Made by a program: the position numbers and the translations under genes
Assembly: GCA_964527395.1 (NCBI GenBank)
Contig: CAZGQD010000003.1
Span: 29,124-93,123 of the forward strand
Source of the DNA: an uncultured Methanosarcinales archaeon
Lineage (GTDB): Archaea; Nanobdellota; Nanobdellia; Woesearchaeales; GW2011-AR9
Direction: 5' to 3'
Length of the DNA stretch: 64,000 nt
Notes under the pieces: model-generated
What the model saw: the letters and a program-made list of their open reading frames with translations, nothing else
What the model was told of the DNA's origin: nothing
The model's database searches: none
In this document: in pieces, positions 57,482-64,000 of the stretch
How positions within the stretch are numbered: the first letter of the stretch is position 1
Layout of the letters: the number at the start of each line of letters is the position of its first letter

Positions 57482-58198
57482 ATGTTAAGATTAATTGGAA
57501 ATGACCTGCCAGAATATGTTAGTTCTGAGGTTGGAAGATTCGTTGCAAAATATAAGGAGGAATTAGGTGAAGACTTTTTGTTTGATCCTAGAATCTGTTT
57601 AACTAGAGGTAATGATTATATTGTTGCTTTAGAATCATTTGGTAGAGTTGGAGCAAAGGTGAATGTTGGAGATGTTTCTGGGATAGAATTATCTGATTTG
57701 AGAAGTGGGCTTAGTCATGCAGTAGCTAATTTGCCTTTTTTGTTAAGGGGAGCTAGTGAGAGAGCTTATGCAATACAGCCTTTTGCGTATCAAAGAGATA
57801 AGAGTGGGTTTGATTTAAGTGAAGCTCCAGAAGGAGCTGATGATTTATTTTTGTATGTAAAATATAAAGGTTCACCTTTGGAAGGGAGAGTTGATGTTTG
57901 TTTTGGAGGAGAACAAGCAAGTGGAATTAATTTTTTGGAGTTGCGTGATACTGGAAGGATTTTAGGTGAAGCAGTAGGAGTATTATATCATGAACTTTGT
58001 GAAAGTTCAAATTCAGTTTTTAGTGAGGGGTCATTATTAAGTGAAGCTTGGAAAGAATGGAATAATGTACTTAGAAATATGCATCCATTGCTTATTGCAG
58101 CAGATAAATTTGGAGATAAGTATGATATGTCTTCTCAAGGGAATTGGATTAAGAGTAGAAGTTTTGAAAGAGTGCCTAAGATTACTCGAGTTTATTGA
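57482..58198 (+). CDS. hypothetical protein
   Basis: 238-aa ORF. Confidence 0.35.
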   Translation: MLRLIGNDLPEYVSSEVGRFVAKYKEELGEDFLFDPRICLTRGNDYIVALESFGRVGAKVNVGDVSGIELSDLRSGLSHAVANLPFLLRGASERAYAIQPFAYQRDKSGFDLSEAPEGADDLFLYVKYKGSPLEGRVDVCFGGEQASGINFLELRDTGRILGEAVGVLYHELCESSNSVFSEGSLLSEAWKEWNNVLRNMHPLLIAADKFGDKYDMSSQGNWIKSRSFERVPKITRVY

Positions 58199-58258
58199 TT
58201 CTTTAGTTTCTTGGAAAATGTTTATAAGGATGAAAACAATGCTTTTTTGTGATGAAGA

Positions 58259-58366
58259 TGTTTAGAGGAATGAGAGAAAAGTTAGGACAAGCTACAGTTT
58301 GGCCAGTAGTGGTTTTAGGACTTGTAGTTTTGGTAATATTGGTTTATTTTTTTGGAATTAGATGAG
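58259..58366 (+). CDS. small hydrophobic protein candidate (35 aa)
   Basis: Unlisted ORF MFRGMREKLGQATVWPVVVLGLVVLVILVYFFGIR; weak. Confidence 0.2.
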
Positions 58367-58541
58367 ATTGTTTTTAAAGTTTTTTTAGCATATTTTTTGT
58401 CACTTTTTTCTTAGTTTGTTTACTATTTTTAGGTTTTCTAGTTCATTTTGGCTTAGTGGTTTGAGTATTTTTTATGCACAAACTTATGGAAATAGAGTAT
58501 TATCTAACGTTTTTTAAAGAAAACTTTAAAAAAAGATATTT

Positions 58542-59504
58542 TTGTGCTATTTTATGAGTTTAGATGATTTAGGATATCAGTTCCCTGGAGGAGTTTTTAA
58601 AGGAAATTTTGTTAGAAATGAAGCAGATGTAGCAAATTCTAGAGTGAGAACTGTTTTAAGAGGAGGAGATTTGTCTTATGAAGGTTTTAGAGAGTTTGTA
58701 TCTGAATATTCTGCTAGTGATATCTCTGATGATAAGCTTAGAGGTATTTTTGATGAAGATAGGCGTTTGATGGGTGAATTAGAGACGATAATCAAAGGTC
58801 GAGGTTATGATGGAGTTTCAGATCAGAATGTGAAAGAGATATATTTTGTAGATTCTTTAAAGGAAGATTTGGTGGTAAAGAAACTTTCAAGTTATGGTTT
58901 TGATAGTGTTGTTGAGGATGATGTTAGAGCTTATTTGAATAAGAGAGTTTTATTAGATGATAGGGTTGCTGCTTTGGTTTCTAATAATGGAATCCAGGGA
59001 ATAGAAGGTTCTAAGCTTGAAGGAGTTTTGAATGGAGGATTTTTGACTGGGAATGGGTTGGAGAACGCTATTTATAAAGACCAAGTTGAAAATGATAAAC
59101 ATGATTTTAGGGTGAAGTTTACTTTTTATGATGAACAGTCAGGTTTAGTTAGAGCAGAAGGATTAGATGATTTTGGGAGTTCTATACTTTGGGGCAGATA
59201 TGATGCTGGTACAGGAGAAGTATATTTAATTAAAGAATATAAGAAAGATATTGTTTGTGATAAAAAATTTGGACCTGGAGAAGTAGTAACTTTTACTTCA
59301 ATAATGTATGAGGGGAAGGTATCTGTTGTAGATGAGAAGATAGTTTTTGATTTAAAGTATCATCCAAACATTTCTGTTGTTCCAAGAGATGGGCCTTGTT
59401 CTGGAGTTTCTATTCTTAGTAGAGAATTGAATGATGATGAAAAGCCAACAGATTTTAATTCTGAAGAAGGAAGGACTGAAGCTGTTGATATAGTTGATTC
59501 TTAG
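58542..59504 (+). CDS. hypothetical protein
   Basis: 320-aa ORF; true start likely MSLDDLGYQF. Confidence 0.35.
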   Translation: MCYFMSLDDLGYQFPGGVFKGNFVRNEADVANSRVRTVLRGGDLSYEGFREFVSEYSASDISDDKLRGIFDEDRRLMGELETIIKGRGYDGVSDQNVKEIYFVDSLKEDLVVKKLSSYGFDSVVEDDVRAYLNKRVLLDDRVAALVSNNGIQGIEGSKLEGVLNGGFLTGNGLENAIYKDQVENDKHDFRVKFTFYDEQSGLVRAEGLDDFGSSILWGRYDAGTGEVYLIKEYKKDIVCDKKFGPGEVVTFTSIMYEGKVSVVDEKIVFDLKYHPNISVVPRDGPCSGVSILSRELNDDEKPTDFNSEEGRTEAVDIVDS

Positions 59505-59584
59505 GTAGGATGAAGGTTTTGTTTAGATATTGAGTCTAGGCGCCAAGTTCCTTTGAAGTTAGTAAGTCCTGGAGGCATGGATTT

Positions 59585-59860
59585 GATGCTGGGTACTTAA
59601 GCTGGCCTTTATGGAAAAATCATTTTCCAGACGCTGAATTTTAGCAAATTCATCATTTTGCGATTTTATAATAAAAGTCCTATGGCGCTTGGCCAGACTT
59701 ACCGCAGGTCTAAACAACTACGCAATAATTTTTGTTCTATTTCATGAACAAAAATGCTTGTTGTTGGTGTAATTTCATAATGTAATTGCCAGTGAGGAGG
59801 CAAGCGCGCCAAAGACTTTTTACCAATTATTGCAAAAGGCCAGAACAAAGACCTAGCATC
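59585..59860. repeat. inverted-repeat copy B (276 bp), partner of 39703-39979
   Basis: Reverse complement matches copy A with about 4 mismatches. Confidence 0.85.
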
Positions 59861-59903
59861 ATGGATTTGAAAATGTTTATATACGGCTGGACTTTATTTC
59901 TTT

Positions 59904-60860
59904 GTGAGGATGGCTGTTAAAATTATTGATTTCAAAGGTGTGAGTAAGGAGTATGGTTCTAATCTTATTTTGAATGATGTTAATTTGTCAGTTGAAGAAG
60001 GAGATATTTTTGGAATTATTGGGCCGTCAGGGTCGGGTAAATCTACACTATTGTCTGTTATGGTGGGTTTTTTAGATCCAGATGAAGGGCAAGTTGTGTT
60101 TTATTCTCCAGTTAGTGGAAAAGGTTTTGATTTACATTCTAATTTGAGTTTGCTGCGTAAAAAAATTGGGTTTACACCACAACATTTGTCGTTTTATCCC
60201 AAATTGACAGTTAAGGAGAATTTGCTTCATTTTGGAAGAATGTATCATATACCTGAGAAAGTATTGAAAGAGAATGCTAAGAGTTTGTTGAAGTTTACTG
60301 GGCTTTGGGAGTATCGGAACCATTTAGGGGAACAACTTAGTGGTGGGATGCAAAAAAGGCTTGATATCAGTTGTAGTTTAGTGCATAAACCGAAGATATT
60401 GGTTTTAGATGAGCCTACGGTGGATTTAGATCCTTTACTTCGTCGTGATTTGATGAGATTAATTAAAGAAGTTAATCGCCAGGGTGTTACAATTATTATG
60501 GCTTCGCATGACCATGAAAATGTTGAATTGTTATGTAACAAAGTTGCAATTGTACATAAGAAACACGTGTATGCGTATGGATCAGTTGATGAAATTAAGC
60601 GGAAGTTTGGACGTGATGGAGGACAAGTAAGGTTACATACAGGACAACACCATGAGAAAGTTTTGTCTGTGGTAGGAGGAGTGCCTCTTAGTGCTGCAGT
60701 GGATCATGGGACTCATTTGACGCTTAAAACAAATGATCTTTCGCGAACTTTGCAGGGACTTTTGAATATGAGTAAGCAGCATCATTTGCCTTTTACGCAT
60801 GTAGAACTGAAGTCGCCTACACTTCGCAGTGTCTTTGAAAATGTGATTAATGAAAAGTAG
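59904..60860 (+). CDS. ABC transporter ATP-binding protein
   Basis: Walker A GPSGSGKSTLL, ABC signature LSGGMQKRL, Walker B ILVLDEPTVDLD. Confidence 0.85.
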   Translation: MRMAVKIIDFKGVSKEYGSNLILNDVNLSVEEGDIFGIIGPSGSGKSTLLSVMVGFLDPDEGQVVFYSPVSGKGFDLHSNLSLLRKKIGFTPQHLSFYPKLTVKENLLHFGRMYHIPEKVLKENAKSLLKFTGLWEYRNHLGEQLSGGMQKRLDISCSLVHKPKILVLDEPTVDLDPLLRRDLMRLIKEVNRQGVTIIMASHDHENVELLCNKVAIVHKKHVYAYGSVDEIKRKFGRDGGQVRLHTGQHHEKVLSVVGGVPLSAAVDHGTHLTLKTNDLSRTLQGLLNMSKQHHLPFTHVELKSPTLRSVFENVINEK

Positions 60861-60937
60861 GGAAAAAGGAGTAGTAAATAGAGGAAATGGTGTAATTTAG
60901 TTTTATTAGTAGTTGTAGGAAAAGTATTTAGTTAAGG

Positions 60938-62686
60938 TTGGTTGTAATGGATGCATTAAAAGAAAGGAAGAAGAAAATTAAGGAACAACATAGACGTAAT
61001 AGTTTTTTGGAATTGATGCTTTTAGTTCGTAAGAATGTTGTGCTACTTCTTAGGTCAAGAATGTCAGCTTTGATAGTAATACTTGCACCACTTCTTTTAA
61101 TGTTACTTGTTGGAATTAGTTATGACAGTTTTGTAGGGTATGGACTTACTATCGGAGTTTCTGCTGAATCTTTTGGAGGAGAAATTAAGGATTTTGAGCA
61201 AAGGATTGCAGATATGGATTATAATGTTGTTGAGTATGCTACGATTGATAAGTGTGTGAAGGATGCTAAACTTGATTTAGTGCATGCCTGTGTTGATTTG
61301 CCAGGAAATTTTGTAGTGGATGATAATAGTGCTAAATCTGTTACAATTTATGTTGATCAAAGTAGGGTTAATTTGGTTGGAACTGTACAAGGAATGCTTG
61401 AAGAACAGTTTAATTTGAAGTCAGCAGAAATATCTGAAGCTTTACTTGATGATTTACTATCTAATGTGTTTGATGTAAAAAGTGGGATATCTGATCAGCA
61501 TGTTACGCTTAGTTCTGTTTATGGGACATCTGAAAAGGTTAGTTCTAGTCTAAGTAGTTCTAGTTCTGAAATTAGTTCTGATGAGAATTCTAAGGTTTTG
61601 GGAGTTTTTGAAGAGTATGTTAGTTCAAAATTGTCTTCTTCGCAGACCTATGTGGCAGATGTGAAGACTGCAGTGAGTGCTGTTGAGAATATCAGTTCAG
61701 CTGAAAAAGATGAGATTGAGGCTTTACTAGTTTCACTTGAAGATCAAATAACGAATGCACAAGTACAAATTTCTAGTAATGAGAAGTATAGTTTTACAGC
61801 TATTGAGAAAATAGTTTCAGATTTAGAGAATTCACTAGTTTCTGTTCAAAGAGCTAATGATAATTTAGCTGATACTTTTGGTGAATTTGATGCTGCACTT
61901 AGTGCTCTTGAATCTTACTCTGCTAGTTTAGAAGGTTTGGAAGTAACTGAAGCTTCAACTTTACATACACCACTTGTGACAAATGTGGAGATGCTTAGTT
62001 CGTCTGATAGTAAGTTTAATTATTTGTTTCCAAGTATTCTTGTTTTAGTTGCAATGTTTTTGTCTGTGATGCTAGCTAATACGCTTGTTATGATGGAGAA
62101 AAAGAGTCCAGCTTATATTAGGAATGTACTTTTACCTATAAGTAAGGCTAAATTTGTACTTGCTAATTTTCTTAGTTGTGTAATTTTAGTTGCTGTGCAA
62201 ATGGCTATTTTGCTTGTGGTTTCGCTTTTGTTTATTCAAGATGTGAGTATTGTGAGTTTTCCAGTAATGTTTTTAGCAGTTTTATGTGGAATATGTGTGT
62301 TTACTTTGATTGGAATGTTAATTGGATCTGTATTTAGTTCAGAGCAAACAAGTGTACTTGCTGCAATATCAACTGGGTCTTTGTTTTTGTTTCTAAGTGG
62401 AGTAATTGTCCCAATAGAAGGGATGGCGCCTGAGCTTCGAGGTTTGATTGAGTATAACCCTTATGTGTTGCTTGAGGGAGTTATTCGATCTGAGTTTATA
62501 TTTGGGAATTCTATTATGAGTTATTTTGAACCACTTTCAGTGTTATTGCTTTATTCAGGAATATTATTTGTAGGGATATTGCTTTATGATATATTATTGC
62601 ATAAGAATTTGGTACACAAAGCACTTTATAGATACCACAAAAAGGCAAGGAAGAAGCAAGGGGCTCATGAAGAGAAGAAGCGTTAG
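60938..62686 (+). CDS. ABC-2 type transporter permease with large extracytoplasmic domain
   Basis: N-terminal TM, a ~330-aa soluble domain, then six C-terminal TM helices typical of ABC-2 permeases; follows the ATPase gene. Confidence 0.6.
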   Translation: MVVMDALKERKKKIKEQHRRNSFLELMLLVRKNVVLLLRSRMSALIVILAPLLLMLLVGISYDSFVGYGLTIGVSAESFGGEIKDFEQRIADMDYNVVEYATIDKCVKDAKLDLVHACVDLPGNFVVDDNSAKSVTIYVDQSRVNLVGTVQGMLEEQFNLKSAEISEALLDDLLSNVFDVKSGISDQHVTLSSVYGTSEKVSSSLSSSSSEISSDENSKVLGVFEEYVSSKLSSSQTYVADVKTAVSAVENISSAEKDEIEALLVSLEDQITNAQVQISSNEKYSFTAIEKIVSDLENSLVSVQRANDNLADTFGEFDAALSALESYSASLEGLEVTEASTLHTPLVTNVEMLSSSDSKFNYLFPSILVLVAMFLSVMLANTLVMMEKKSPAYIRNVLLPISKAKFVLANFLSCVILVAVQMAILLVVSLLFIQDVSIVSFPVMFLAVLCGICVFTLIGMLIGSVFSSEQTSVLAAISTGSLFLFLSGVIVPIEGMAPELRGLIEYNPYVLLEGVIRSEFIFGNSIMSYFEPLSVLLLYSGILFVGILLYDILLHKNLVHKALYRYHKKARKKQGAHEEKKR

Positions 62687-62762
62687 AGGTTTTTAAATAA
62701 ATATATTCAATTTTGACTTTTTTAGGCAAAGCTTTTTTAATAAATAAGGATATTTTCTAATT

Positions 62763-62942
62763 ATGGCAATGACAATAGAGCACTTACATGAAGATATTCT
62801 TTCAATGAAGAAAGATTTGGCTTTTATTAAGCATGCACTTGAGGAAAATTTTGAACTTAGTGATGAAGCGAGAAAAGAACTGAAGGAAGCTATGGCTGTT
62901 CCAGATTCAGAATTGGTTAGTTTGAAGGATTTGGAGTTGTAA
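62763..62942 (+). CDS. small antitoxin-like protein (59 aa) upstream of the RelE/ParE gene
   Basis: Unlisted ORF MAMTIEHLHEDILSMKKDLAFIKHALEENFELSD...; ends 4 nt before the toxin start. Confidence 0.4.
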   Translation: MAMTIEHLHEDILSMKKDLAFIKHALEENFELSDEARKELKEAMAVPDSELVSLKDLEL

Positions 62943-62946
62943 TTTT

Positions 62947-63207
62947 ATGTCTTTTGATGTTAAATTAGTTCCTAAAGTTGCTAAGTTTCTAAAAAAGGCA
63001 GATAAAAATTTAAGAAAAAGAATAGGAATGAAGTTAAGGCTGCTTGAAAATGGGGATCCATTTAATTATCTTGAGCATTTTGAAGGAGGAAATTTATATA
63101 AATTACGTGTGGGTGATTTTCGTCTCTTAGTTCAAGTTGATTTTTCTAGGAAAGTTTTAATTGTGAGATATATAGGAGATAGGAAGAATATCTATAAAAA
63201 TATTTGA
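62947..63207 (+). CDS. RelE/ParE-family toxin
   Basis: YKLRVGDFRLLVQVDFSRKVLIVRYIGDRKNIY matches the RelE/ParE C-terminal consensus (YRLRVGDYRIIY...IGHRKDVY). Confidence 0.7.
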   Translation: MSFDVKLVPKVAKFLKKADKNLRKRIGMKLRLLENGDPFNYLEHFEGGNLYKLRVGDFRLLVQVDFSRKVLIVRYIGDRKNIYKNI

Positions 63208-63698
63208 ATATGGCAAAATTGATAGCTATTACAGGAACACCTTGTTCAGGAAAGAGTTGGCTAGCTAAGAAATTGTGTGAGAAGCTTGGTTTCAAAAGGA
63301 TCAAGATGCATGATTTTGAAGCAGAGTGTGGAGAATATAACAGTGAATTTGATTGTTATGATCTTGATATGGAACTTGTTGAGAAGAAGGTGGCTGAGAT
63401 AGTTAATTTTGGTGGAGTTGATGAAGTTTTTGTGCTTGATTCGCATGTAAGTCATTTGTTATCTTCTGATTTGGTTGATTTATGTGTAGTGGTATATTGC
63501 CGTGATTTGAAATTGCTTAAAAAACGTCTTTTGGCTCGTGGGTACTCAGAAGCTAAAGTGGTTGAGAATTTGGAGTGTGAAATTATGGAAGTTTGTTTAG
63601 ATGGTGCTTTGGAGAATGGGTTTGAAGTGTTTATGGTTGATGGGGCTTTGGAGTATAGTGAAGAGTTGCTTTTGGAGATTAAGGGGAAGGTAGAGTAG
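63204..63698 (+). CDS. P-loop nucleotide kinase (archaeal adenylate-kinase-like / Fap7-type)
   Basis: Walker A ITGTPCSGKS at the N-terminus; ~160-aa size typical of Fap7/AK6-like kinases. Confidence 0.55.
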   Translation: MNMAKLIAITGTPCSGKSWLAKKLCEKLGFKRIKMHDFEAECGEYNSEFDCYDLDMELVEKKVAEIVNFGGVDEVFVLDSHVSHLLSSDLVDLCVVVYCRDLKLLKKRLLARGYSEAKVVENLECEIMEVCLDGALENGFEVFMVDGALEYSEELLLEIKGKVE

Positions 63699-63813
63699 GT
63701 TTTAGTTGTTTTTTTTCTGTGATTTGAGTTTATTTTTGTGTTTTTTAGCTAATTTCCGATGAAATTCAAATAATTTGCTGGTTATAAGTTAGGAATTATT
63801 GGATAATTTTCAA

Positions 63814-64000
63814 TGTATATGTTAGGAATTACTGGTTTTTTAGTTTTGGATCAGAAGGAGTTGGTTGCGATTGAAGCTAAGTTGAATTTTAACAAGTCTG
63901 GTAAGAAGCATTTGAGGTATTTTGCTGACAAATATGAGTGTAAGACTTGTGTTGTGGGACTTTATGGAGAAAAAAGACAAGGGAAATATGTGTGGGAGTT
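63814..64000 (+). CDS. partial ORF running off the window end
   Basis: MYMLGITGFLVLDQKELVAIEAKLNF... open to the window edge. Confidence 0.2.

Overview
The window is AT-rich archaeal chromosomal DNA with short genes, two inteins and tRNAs carrying multiple introns at non-canonical positions, which suggests a DPANN-like or similarly small-genome archaeon. Recognisable core genes are the topoisomerase VI B/A pair, archaeal DnaG primase, RIO kinase with a KH-domain partner, TrpRS, SecD/SecF, Sec61-beta, NAC-alpha, a MinD-like ATPase, an NFACT/Rqc2 homolog, an ABC transporter and a candidate RNase P RNA. Accessory content is dense: a HerA/FtsK-like ATPase with two inteins, a free-standing LAGLIDADG homing endonuclease inserted at the top6A stop codon, at least five toxin-antitoxin-like pairs, two Fic proteins, and many nucleotide-sanitising hydrolases (MazG x2, HD x2, NUDIX, dCTP-deaminase-like). 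Non-coding features include MITE-like nested-palindrome elements, 30-bp degenerate tandem repeats, and a 277-bp inverted repeat pair that flanks a 19.6-kb segment. The strongest candidate for an undescribed system is at 11.7-15.1 kb. There, a ~1 kb non-coding tract (a conserved alternative-hairpin element plus seven 30-bp repeats) precedes an FHA-caspase/legumain-like protease, and four palindromic TTGCGCAA-type operator repeats then precede a RelA/SpoT (small-alarmone-synthetase-like) protein with a C-terminal extension, followed by a DUF4258/DUF2283 pair. Other points worth checking: a phosphonopyruvate-decarboxylase-like/Fe-ADH pair with no PEP mutase in view, a TauE/SafE permease interrupted by a single in-frame TAG next to a hairpin, a (TTAG)13 microsatellite abutting a start codon, and two short motifs that recur in intergenic regions.
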